NCBI GenBank assembly: GCA_963748625.1
Contig: CAVVJT010000008.1
Span: 32,001-96,000, forward strand
Source of the DNA: an uncultured Chloroflexia bacterium
Lineage (GTDB): Bacteria > Chloroflexota > Limnocylindria > Limnocylindrales > CSP1-4
Reading direction: 5' to 3'
Length of the DNA stretch: 64,000 nucleotides
A program made the position numbers and the translations under genes. Each line of letters begins with the position of its first letter. Position 1 is the first letter of the stretch. This document shows, piece after piece, positions 46,089 through 54,495 of this stretch. The notes beneath the pieces were generated by a model. That model was not told the DNA's origin. It saw nothing but the letters and a program-made list of their open reading frames with translations, and made no database searches.

Positions 46089-48581
46089 TCAGGCCCGGAT
46101 GCGGGCGTTGGTCGGGTCGTAGGGCGCTCGCAGCGACGCGGTGGCGCCGAAGCGCTCGCCCGCGACCTCCAGCTCGTAGCGGCCGGCGTTGATCCACTCG
46201 GGGGTTGCCGGGCCGCCGTCGGTGCGCTTGACGTAGCCGAGGCCGATGGAGCGCCCGATGGTGTGGCCGAACATGGCCGAGGTGATCCAGCCCACGAGCT
46301 CGCCGTCTCGCCAGACGGGCTCGTTGTGGTACATCAGCGGCTCGTGGTCGTCGAGGACGAAGGCGACGAGGCGCCTGGTGAGGCCCGCCTCGCGCTGGCG
46401 CAGCAGGGCCTCGCGGCCGATGAAGCCGCCAGGCTTGTCCCAGGCCGCCGTGAAGCCGAGACCGGCCTCGAGGAGCGTGTCCTCGTCGCTCATGTCGTGA
46501 CCCCAGTGGCGGTACGCCTTCTCCATCCGTAGGGAGTTGAGGGCGTGGTAGCCGGCATGGCGGAGGTCGAAGGCCGCGCCCGCCTCGACGATCGCGTCGT
46601 AGATATGGGTGGCGAACTCCATCGGCGCGTAGAGCTCCCAGCCCAGCTCGCCCACGTAGGTCGTGCGGGCCGCTCGGGCGAACGCGTAGCCGAGGTCGAT
46701 CTCGCGCGCGGTCCCGAACGGGAAGGCCTCGTTGGACAGGTCCGCGTCCGTCATCGACTGCAGGAGCGCGCGCGAGCGCGGGCCCATGATGCTGATCACG
46801 GCCTCGGCGGAGGTCGTGTCGGTCAGGGTCACGTGGGCGTCGGGGTCCACGTGCTTCGCGATCCAGTCCAGGTCACGCATGGTCTGGGTGCCGGTGGTGA
46901 CGACCAGGAACCGGTCGACCGCGAGGCGCGTGACCGTCACGTCCGCCTCGACGCCACCCCACTCGTTGCAGAACTGGGTGTAGACGATGCGCCCGGGCGC
47001 CACGTCCACGTCGGCGGTGCAGATCCGGTTGAGTTCCCGCGCGGCATCGCGCCCGGCGACCTGGATCTTGCCGAAGGAGGTCTGGTCGAAGAGCGTGACG
47101 CCCTCGCGGACGGCGCGGTGCTCCTCGGCCGAGTAGGGGAACCAGTTCTGGCGGCCGTACGAGTATTCGTAGCGCGGCTCCACACCGTCGGGGGCGTACC
47201 AGTTCGCGCGCTCCCAGCCGTAGACCTCCCCGAAGCACGCGCCCTTCGCGGCCAGCCGGTCGTGGAGCGGCGAGCGGCGGATGCCGCGGGCCGTCTCGAC
47301 CTGGCGGAACGGCCAGTGCATCTCGTAGAGCAGGCCCAGGGTCTCGGTCGTGCGCTCGTGGAGGTAGCGGCGGCTGCGCTGGAACGGCATGAACCGCCGG
47401 ATGTCCACCTCCCAGAGGTCCATCGGCGGCCGCGCGTCGACCACCCAGTCGGCCACGGCCTTGCCTGCACCCGGTCCCGACGCGAAGCCGACCGAGTTGA
47501 AGCCGGCGGCGACGAAGTACCCGGGGAGCTGGGGCGCCTCGCCCAGGATGTAGCGGTCGTCGGGGGTGAAGGACTCGGGGCCGTTGAAGAAGAGCTGGAT
47601 GCCCACCTGGCCGAAGGCAGGGATCGCCTTGGCCGCGGCGAGGATGTGGGGCTCGAGGTGGTCCCAGTCCTCGGGCAGGGTCATGAAGCCGTCGTTGTCG
47701 GGGATCCCGTGCGTGGCCCAGGGCTTGGCACCTGGCTCGAAGAAGCCGACCATCAGCTTGCCGGCCTCGTTGCGCGCGTAGGTGCAGATGTCCGGCATGC
47801 GCAGGACCGGCAGGTCGGGCGCGAGGCCGGGCACTTCCTCGGTGACGAGGTAGAAGTGCTCGGCGGCATGGAGCGGGACCACGATGTCGTCCTGGGCGCC
47901 CAGCTCCCGGGCCCACATGCCGGTGCAGCTGACGACGTACTCGCACTCGATGATGCCGCGGTCCGTCTCGACGCCCGCGACCCTGCCGTCCTTGCGCAGG
48001 ATGCGCGTCACCTTCGTGTTCTCGAAGACCTGCGCGCCACCCATGCGCGCGGCCTTGGCCATCGCGAGGGTGGTGTCCACCGGGTTGGCCATGCCGTCGC
48101 CTGGGATGAAGGCGGCGCCGACCACCCCGTCGGTGTCCATCAGGGGCCACATCTCGCCGAGCCGCTCGGGCGTGATGAACTCCAGGTCCACGCCCTGCAG
48201 CTTCGCCATCGACGCACCGCGGCGGATCTCGTCCCAGCGGCCCTCGGTATGGGCGACCAGCACTGACCCGTGCTGCACGAAGCCGGTCGAGTCGCCGGTG
48301 CGCCGCTCGAGGTCGCGGAAGAGGTCCTTCGCGTAGCTCGCGAGCGCGGTCATGTTGTACGTGGCGCGGAGCTGCCCGACGAGGCCGGCGGCATGCCAGG
48401 TCGTGCCGGAGGTGAGCTTCTTGCGCTCGAGGAGGACGACGTCCGTCCAGCCGCGCTCCGTCAGGTGGAACAGGACGCTCGTGCCGACGATGCCGCCGCC
48501 GATGACGACGACGCGCGCCTGGGTCGGGAAGGCGGGGGCTCCGGTTGTCCCGGGGGCGGTGGCGGGCTGCCCGTCGTGCAT
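46089..48581 (-). CDS. FAD/GcvT-family demethylating oxidoreductase #4 (sarcosine dehydrogenase-like)
   Basis: ATG 48581 with GGAGG SD; IGGGIVG, LTSGTTWHAAG, NGPESFTPD, GWERANW, YVGELGWELY, LRMEKAYR. Confidence 0.93.
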   Translation of the reverse strand: MHDGQPATAPGTTGAPAFPTQARVVVIGGGIVGTSVLFHLTERGWTDVVLLERKKLTSGTTWHAAGLVGQLRATYNMTALASYAKDLFRDLERRTGDSTGFVQHGSVLVAHTEGRWDEIRRGASMAKLQGVDLEFITPERLGEMWPLMDTDGVVGAAFIPGDGMANPVDTTLAMAKAARMGGAQVFENTKVTRILRKDGRVAGVETDRGIIECEYVVSCTGMWARELGAQDDIVVPLHAAEHFYLVTEEVPGLAPDLPVLRMPDICTYARNEAGKLMVGFFEPGAKPWATHGIPDNDGFMTLPEDWDHLEPHILAAAKAIPAFGQVGIQLFFNGPESFTPDDRYILGEAPQLPGYFVAAGFNSVGFASGPGAGKAVADWVVDARPPMDLWEVDIRRFMPFQRSRRYLHERTTETLGLLYEMHWPFRQVETARGIRRSPLHDRLAAKGACFGEVYGWERANWYAPDGVEPRYEYSYGRQNWFPYSAEEHRAVREGVTLFDQTSFGKIQVAGRDAARELNRICTADVDVAPGRIVYTQFCNEWGGVEADVTVTRLAVDRFLVVTTGTQTMRDLDWIAKHVDPDAHVTLTDTTSAEAVISIMGPRSRALLQSMTDADLSNEAFPFGTAREIDLGYAFARAARTTYVGELGWELYAPMEFATHIYDAIVEAGAAFDLRHAGYHALNSLRMEKAYRHWGHDMSDEDTLLEAGLGFTAAWDKPGGFIGREALLRQREAGLTRRLVAFVLDDHEPLMYHNEPVWRDGELVGWITSAMFGHTIGRSIGLGYVKRTDGGPATPEWINAGRYELEVAGERFGATASLRAPYDPTNARIRA

Positions 48582-48635
48582 CGCGTTCGGCTCCTCCTGC
48601 GTACCCGGCTCCTGCGGCGAGGCCACCGGAGCGCG

Positions 48636-48662
48636 GATCATAACACCGCAATATTACAAATA
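48636..48662 (-). promoter_or_regulatory. AT-rich extended -10 promoter (TGtTATGAT) with imperfect palindrome TGTAATATTGCG
   Basis: Minus strand reads tatttgtaatattgcggtgttatgat upstream of GcvT #4. Confidence 0.5.
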
Positions 48663-48674
48663 GAAGAGGGGATC

Positions 48675-49286
48675 TCAGGCGGCCTCGGCCGGCCTGAGCA
48701 GCGCCGTCGCGGTGTCCAGGAGCAGGGCCCGGATGCGGTCCGCGTCGATGTCCGGGGCGCCCAGCGAGATGCCCACCGAGGCCCCGTCGCCGATCATGAT
48801 GAACAGGTTGACGATGTCCTCCGCCGCGAGCACCGGGTGGAAGACGCCCGCCTCGACCCCGGCCTCGATCGCATCGCGGAACGGCGGGCGCCAGGCGTCG
48901 TAGAAGCCGTCGAGCTTCGCGCGCAACACGTCGTCGCGGGCCATGGCGCAGAACTCGATCCAGATGCGACTCCGCCACAGCGCAGGCTCCGGCAGCGAGG
49001 CGCTCAGCAGCGCGACCATGCGCGACCACGGGTCGCCCTCGTCGGGGACGGCGTCGGTCCAGGTGCGCAGGCGGCGCTCGGCGGACCAGTCGAAGAGGTC
49101 CTCGATCAGGCGGTCACGGGTGTCGAAGTAGTGCTGCACCGTGCCGACGGAGACGCCGGCGGCCTCCGCGACGTCCCGCAGACGGCTTCGCTCGACACCG
49201 TGGCTGACCAGGAGGGACTCGGCGGCCGACAGGATGCGCTCGCGCTGGGCCGCCCGGAGCACCTCGTCCCGCGGCCGTCCTGCCAA
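48675..49286 (-). CDS. TetR family regulator (BetI-like C-terminus)
   Basis: LRDVAEAAGVSVGTVQHYF, RIWIEFCA; start is TTG 49286 (GGAGG SD) or ATG 49304/49349. Confidence 0.88.
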   Translation of the reverse strand: MAGRPRDEVLRAAQRERILSAAESLLVSHGVERSRLRDVAEAAGVSVGTVQHYFDTRDRLIEDLFDWSAERRLRTWTDAVPDEGDPWSRMVALLSASLPEPALWRSRIWIEFCAMARDDVLRAKLDGFYDAWRPPFRDAIEAGVEAGVFHPVLAAEDIVNLFIMIGDGASVGISLGAPDIDADRIRALLLDTATALLRPAEAA

Positions 49287-49455
49287 CGCGCGTTCCTCCC
49301 TCATGTGGCTGTTGCCGCGGGCTGGCGTGTGTCCACGAGCATTCACCATACGGGAGTATGACGTATCGCGACAGAGGAGGCGACCGCTGCCTGATACGCC
49401 GACGACCGCCCCAGGGATGGGCGGTCGTCGGCAAGGGGAGGAGAGTTGAGACGGG

Positions 49456-49493
49456 GATGGCGGCCCGGCGCCCTCAGCGGCCGGGCCGCCATC
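49456..49493 (-). terminator. Hairpin downstream of nirK (a second one lies at ~49398-49432)
   Basis: gatggcggcccggc...gccgggccgccatc. Confidence 0.6.
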
Positions 49494-49511
49494 GATGCCT
49501 GGAGGTGGCGG

Positions 49512-50909
49512 TCAGTTGAGCGGGTCGCCGTCGCCGGCGCTGAAGATGCCGAGCGCCCCGTGACCGACGAGGTTGAACGCGTGGGACACGAACGGGTACA
49601 TGCCGTCCTCGGCCGCGGTGAACTCGATGATCGCGCCCTGGGCAGGGGAGAGATCCACCGCCTGGGCGCCCCAGCCGCCCGCGTTGCCGCGCCGCAGCTC
49701 GATGCCCTCCTTGACGACGTTGTCGAAGATCGTGCCGACGACGTGGTAGGAGCTGTCCATGGACGGCCCGGCGTCGAGCACGAAGACGCGCACGTTCTTG
49801 GCGGGCTCGATCTGGATCGGGTTGTCGGCGTACTGGTTGGCGACGCCGTTGAAGACCACGAAGTCGGGCGCGGCAGCCGTCTGGTTGGCCTTGGCGTAGT
49901 CGGCCGGCTGGCCCTGGGCGCCGAGGTACCACTCACTCTGGACGAAGGCGAACTCCTGGTCGACAGGGGGCAAGCCACCCTCCGGCTCGACAATGACCAT
50001 GCCGAACATGCCGTTGGCGATGTGGTGCAGGGCGGGCGCCGTCCCGCAGTGGTACATCCAGACGCCCGCGTAGTCGGCGGTGAAGGTGTAGGTGAACGTC
50101 GCGCCGGGCTTGATCTCCACCATCTGGTGGTTCATCGCGGTCTGGCTGGCGTGGAAGTCGATCGAGTGGCTCATCTGGCCGTCGTTGCGGAGGTGGACGT
50201 TGACGGTATCGCCGAGCTTCACCCGGATCGCCGGGCCGGGCACGGTGCCGCCAAAGGTCCACGCGTGGACCACGAACCCGTCGGCGACGGTGATGTCCTT
50301 CTCGATGATCGGGAAGTCGACGTCGTGGACGGTGCCCGCGAGCAGCTTGGGCGCCTTGGGGTCGTAGACGGTGTACTTGGGGGCGTTCGGGTCGGCGACG
50401 GGGCTGGTCGCGGCGGCCGGCGCGGTGCTGGCCGCCGGCTCCTCCATGCCCGGCATGGCGGCACCCGCGACGGTGATTGCGCCGGTCATGCCCGCCTGCT
50501 CGTGGCCGGGAATCGAGCAGATGTACGTCAGACCGCCGTCGGGGACGGTGACCTGGCTGGTGGCGGTCTGGCCGGCCTCGGCGACGAGCTGGGTTCCGTC
50601 GGCGAAGGTGATGTCGTGGGTCGTGGTCCCCGTGTTGGCGAGGGTGACCTCGTACGTGCCTGCGGCCGGGACGGTGATGGCGGCGGGCGTGAAGCCGAGG
50701 TCGAACGACTCGAACGCGATGCTGCCGGTTGTGGCGGTCGTGGCCTCGCCGGCGGTGTTGCCGGGCTGGTCGACGGGCGCCTGGACCGTCGGGGGATTCG
50801 GCGTGGACGGGGGCCCGAAGCTCCAGGCGGGGGCGGCGGCGTTGCCGCAAGCGGCGGTCACGAGCGCGAGCAGCACGGCGGCTGCAAGGGGACGACGGCT
50901 GTGAACCAT
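49512..50909 (-). CDS. nirK: Copper-containing nitrite reductase, lipoprotein, with extra N-terminal cupredoxin domain
   Basis: Lipobox VTAAC; cupredoxin H...YICSIPGHEQAGM; NirK motifs HSIDFH, YHCGTAPALHHIANGM, SSYHVVG, YPFVSH. Confidence 0.85.
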   Translation of the reverse strand: MVHSRRPLAAAVLLALVTAACGNAAAPAWSFGPPSTPNPPTVQAPVDQPGNTAGEATTATTGSIAFESFDLGFTPAAITVPAAGTYEVTLANTGTTTHDITFADGTQLVAEAGQTATSQVTVPDGGLTYICSIPGHEQAGMTGAITVAGAAMPGMEEPAASTAPAAATSPVADPNAPKYTVYDPKAPKLLAGTVHDVDFPIIEKDITVADGFVVHAWTFGGTVPGPAIRVKLGDTVNVHLRNDGQMSHSIDFHASQTAMNHQMVEIKPGATFTYTFTADYAGVWMYHCGTAPALHHIANGMFGMVIVEPEGGLPPVDQEFAFVQSEWYLGAQGQPADYAKANQTAAAPDFVVFNGVANQYADNPIQIEPAKNVRVFVLDAGPSMDSSYHVVGTIFDNVVKEGIELRRGNAGGWGAQAVDLSPAQGAIIEFTAAEDGMYPFVSHAFNLVGHGALGIFSAGDGDPLN

Positions 50910-51003
50910 GATGTGATCCTTTCGAGCTTCCCGGCCGGCTGTCCGGGCGGTCCGTGCCTTCACCGCTGGCGTCCTTGCGCCGGGCGGCTCCCTGAGGCAC
51001 CGT

Positions 51004-51029
51004 AACTATCACTAATTTAGTATACGTTT
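51004..51029. promoter_or_regulatory. AT-rich palindrome (ACTAA-T-TTAGT), putative Rrf2 operator overlapping -10 TAGTAT
   Basis: aactatcactaatttagtatacgttt in a high-GC background between divergent genes. Confidence 0.6.
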
Positions 51030-52496
51030 GTGATGATGACAAGTGACCCGAACCAGGCAGGCCGTCCGGCCCCTCGTGGGGCAGGTGGTCCGGAGCCTCC
51101 CGCCAGCCCGCAGCCCGTTTCGCAACGGGAGGCGCCCGTGCAGCGACGGGAGCCGCCCGCGCGCGCGCCGCTGGCCGTTCCGCTCCGGACCGTGCCCCTG
51201 CCTTCCGGTCCCCAGGGGCCGTATCGCCCCGGCCCGCGCCGCGCCGACGACCGGCGGATCGCGACGGCATCGATCGTCCTCGCGGCCACCTTCCTCGTCT
51301 TGGCGGTCGCCTCGATCGTTGCGGCGGCGCTCGGGGCTGCGGTCCTCTCGCCGTGGCTGCCGCTGCATCTCGCGCTGGCCGGCGGCGCGTCCACCGCGAT
51401 CGCCGGGGTCATGCCGTTCTTCGTCAGCGCCCTGGCGGCGGGCTATCCGGCGGATCGCCGGCTTCGGGCCGGCGCGGTGGCGCTGGTGGCTGTCGGGGCG
51501 GGGCTGGTCGCGCTGCGCGGGGTGGTGCTTCCCGCGGCGGGCGGGGAGCTGGTAGCCCTGCTCCCGGCGCTCGGCGGGTCGCTGTACCTGCTGGGGATCG
51601 GCGCGACGGCGCTGGCGGTGCGGGACGGTGGGCGCGCCGGCCTGATGATGCGGCGACCGGTGGTCACGTTCGGGTACACGATGGCGCTGCTGAACGTGGC
51701 CGTGGGTGCGCTCCTCGCGACGCTCATGGTGGCGGGGTGGGGGCCGGTCCTGGAGCGATGGGTGGTCCTGCGGCCCGCGCACGCCTGGACCAACCTCATC
51801 GGGTTCGTGTCGCTGGTGATCGTGGCGACGCTGCTGCACTTCCTGCCGACGGTGCTCGGGACGCGGATCCTGCCGCGCCGCTCGGCGGTGGTGGCCGTGT
51901 ATGCCGTGGGGCTCGCCGCGCCGGTGGTGGTCGGGGGCCTGCTGCTTGGGGTGGGGGCAGTGGCGGCCGCAGGCGGGCTGCTCGGTGTGGTCGGCGCGAT
52001 CGCGATGGGCGTGGAGGCGACCTCTGTCGTCCGCGACCGCGGCGCCTGGACGAGCGACGCCGGGTGGCACCGCTTCGCATCGGCCGGCCTGGTGAACGGC
52101 GTCGGCTGGTTCGTGGTGGGGACGGCGGTCGCCGCGTGGCTCCTCATCACCGACGGCGCGACGGCCGGCGCCTGGTCGACGGCCCTGGTGGGGGCGCCCC
52201 TGGTGCTGGGCTGGGTGGCCCAGGTGCTGATGGCTTCGTGGACGCATCTGCTGCCATCGATCGGCCCGGGCGGCCCCGCCGACCACGCAGTCCAGCGGCG
52301 GACATTGGGGCGTGCGTCACGGACGCGGCTGGTGGCGCTCAACGCGGGGGTCGCGCTCGTGGCGGTGGGCTGGCCGCTGGGCGCACCGCCGCTCGCAGGG
52401 GCCGGTCTGGCCCTGTTCGCGGCTGGCCTGCTCGGGACGGTCGTCCTCACGGTGCTCGCCCTGCGCGTGCCGAAGCCTGGCAACGAGCGTCCCTGA
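51030..52496 (+). CDS. Polytopic His-containing membrane protein (NnrS-like, NirK-associated)
   Basis: About 12 TM segments; WLPLHLAL, PAHAWTNLIG, LLHFLP, WTHLLP. Confidence 0.65.
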   Translation: MMMTSDPNQAGRPAPRGAGGPEPPASPQPVSQREAPVQRREPPARAPLAVPLRTVPLPSGPQGPYRPGPRRADDRRIATASIVLAATFLVLAVASIVAAALGAAVLSPWLPLHLALAGGASTAIAGVMPFFVSALAAGYPADRRLRAGAVALVAVGAGLVALRGVVLPAAGGELVALLPALGGSLYLLGIGATALAVRDGGRAGLMMRRPVVTFGYTMALLNVAVGALLATLMVAGWGPVLERWVVLRPAHAWTNLIGFVSLVIVATLLHFLPTVLGTRILPRRSAVVAVYAVGLAAPVVVGGLLLGVGAVAAAGGLLGVVGAIAMGVEATSVVRDRGAWTSDAGWHRFASAGLVNGVGWFVVGTAVAAWLLITDGATAGAWSTALVGAPLVLGWVAQVLMASWTHLLPSIGPGGPADHAVQRRTLGRASRTRLVALNAGVALVAVGWPLGAPPLAGAGLALFAAGLLGTVVLTVLALRVPKPGNERP

Positions 52497-52579
52497 ACTG
52501 GCCCCAGGCCGGCCAAGGGGCCCGCCCCGCCCCACTTCGCCTCCTGTCACACGGCGCCGCGACGATCCCCCATCCGCGT

Positions 52580-52737
52580 TGACACTCCGGGCATCAGCAG
52601 TGATGCCGCCCCGATGCCGACACACGCTCCCTCACCGAGACGGTGATGACACTCCGGGCATCGGCGAGTGGGTGGAGCGTTGCCGCCGGGGCCTCCACCG
52701 GCCGGCGGCCTCTCCGCCGCCATGCCCGGAGTGTCAT
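52580..52737. repeat. REP-like element: perfect 16-bp inverted repeat plus a third direct copy
   Basis: atgacactccgggcat (52646-52661) / atgcccggagtgtcat (52722-52737); tgacactccgggcatc at 52580. Confidence 0.85.
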
Positions 52738-52794
52738 ATCGAATGTGGGAGTCTGTTCCTGTGGAGTTCGAGGCAGGGCGCCAGCTGCCGGTGG

Positions 52795-53247
52795 TCAGGC
52801 CCGCGGCTGCCGGTGGTCAGGCCCGCGGCTGCCGGTGGTGGCGCGCGGGGCCGCCAGGTCCGCCAGCGATGACGATGCGAGGTGCGCCAGCAGCGCCTCC
52901 TGGCCGAAGAAGAACACGTCGTGCACGTCGCAGAACCCGTCGAGCCCGCACGGTGCACCACGCAGGACGCACGCCTGCCGGCGCGAGTCCCCCTCGACCG
53001 CCTCGATCACCTCGAGGAGCGAGATCGACGATGACTCCCGCGCGAGCCGGTACCCGCCTGATCGCCCGGGTAGCGCCTCAACGAGCCCCGCCCGCTGGAG
53101 ATCGGTCAGCACCTGGGGCAGGAACCGCACCGGGATCCCCATTGCGTCCGAGATGCGGCGCGCCGAAAGCAGGCCGGGGCCGCCACGCGCGAGCGCAAGC
53201 ATGGCCCTCACCGCGTAGTCGCCGCGCTTGGTGAGCTCGAGTCGCAT
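52795..53247 (-). CDS. Rrf2 family regulator with three Cys (Fe-S, NsrR/IscR-like)
   Basis: MRLELTKRGDYAVRAML, GRSGGYRLAR, ISLLEVIEAVEG, CVLRGAPCGLDGFC. Confidence 0.9.
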   Translation of the reverse strand: MRLELTKRGDYAVRAMLALARGGPGLLSARRISDAMGIPVRFLPQVLTDLQRAGLVEALPGRSGGYRLARESSSISLLEVIEAVEGDSRRQACVLRGAPCGLDGFCDVHDVFFFGQEALLAHLASSSLADLAAPRATTGSRGPDHRQPRA

Positions 53248-53387
53248 TCGCGCAGTATGCCGGTGCTCGTTGGCGCCCGTCGCCACGACGGGCGGCCGCC
53301 TGGTCGGGACACCTGCCGGGGATACCTGCTGGGGACGCCCCGGGGCCGCCCCGGGGCCGCCACGGCCACACCCGGTAGACTCCACGG

Positions 53388-54495
53388 ATGCCCCGCTTCA
53401 ACTACGGCGGTCAGGCGCTCATCGAGGGCGTCATGATGCGCGGTCGCGACGCCATCGCGGTCGCCCTGCGCCATCCCGACGGCCACATCGTCTTCGAGCA
53501 CGAGCGTCTCGACGCGGGCGCCGTCCACGGCCACAGGGCAGCCCGCTGGCCGTTCGTTCGTGGCCTGGTGATCCTCTACGAGCAGTTGGTCATCGGCACC
53601 CGGTGGCTGATCCGCAGCGCCGGCATCCAGGCCGAGGACGAAGGCGTCGAGATCGGCAAGGGCAGCGTCGCCCTCATGCTCGGCATCACCGCTGTCCTGG
53701 GCATCGGGCTCTTCTTCATCCTGCCCCTGCTCGTGGCCACCCTCACCGCGGGCTCCATCGAGAACGACTTCTGGCAGCACTTCGTCGAAGGCCTGACCCG
53801 GATCGTGATCTTCATCGGCTACCTGTGGGTCATCGGGCGCACGCCGGACATCCAGCGCGTGTTCATGTACCACGGTGCCGAGCACATGGCGATCCACACG
53901 CTCGAGGCCGGCGAGCCGCTCCGCCCGGAGTACGTCCGCACCCACCCCACGGCCCACCAGCGCTGTGGCACCGAGTTCCTGGTGGTCGTGATCCTGCTCT
54001 CGATCCTTGCCTTCAGCCTGGTCGGCCGGCAGTCCCCGTTGTTCATGATCGCCAGCCGGATCCTGCTGATCCCGGTCATCGCCAGCATCGGCTACGAGCT
54101 CCTCCGCCTGGGCGCCCGCCACCGGTCGAACCCCCTCGTGAAGGTGGTCATGTGGCCGGGGATCCTGGTCCAGAAGATCACCACGAAGCAGCCCACCGAC
54201 GACATGATCGAAGTCGCGATCGTCTCGCTGGAGGAGGCGATCAAGGCCGACGGTGACCCCGTCCCCGAGGGCGGCATGGACTACGCGCGCAGTGCGATGC
54301 CCAAGCCGGGCGAGCTCGCGGCCGCCCGCCAGGCGGGAGATGCCGAGGCCGACACCTCCGCCGAGGCCGACACCTCCGCCGAGGCCGACGGCTGCACCAC
54401 CAGCCGCCGACACCACCGCCGCCGCGGCCGACGCTGCACCACCAGCCGCCGACACCACCGCTGCCCCCACCGCGCAAGCCGCCATCGATGGCTGA
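53388..54495 (+). CDS. DUF1385 domain protein (+1 frameshift at ~54391 in the repeat tail)
   Basis: [36 protein letters not shown]. Removing the extra G gives a stop at 54495 overlapping the prfA ATG. Confidence 0.87.
54342..54462. repeat. Nested coding repeats (18-bp unit, then a ~42-bp unit x2)
   Basis: gccgaggccgacacctcc; gccgacgctgcaccaccagccgccgacaccaccgc. Confidence 0.8.

Noticed and set aside
17841-48581. Glycine cleavage system
   Set aside because: The GcvT domains are fused to DAO-type FAD domains, and no gcvH or gcvP is present.
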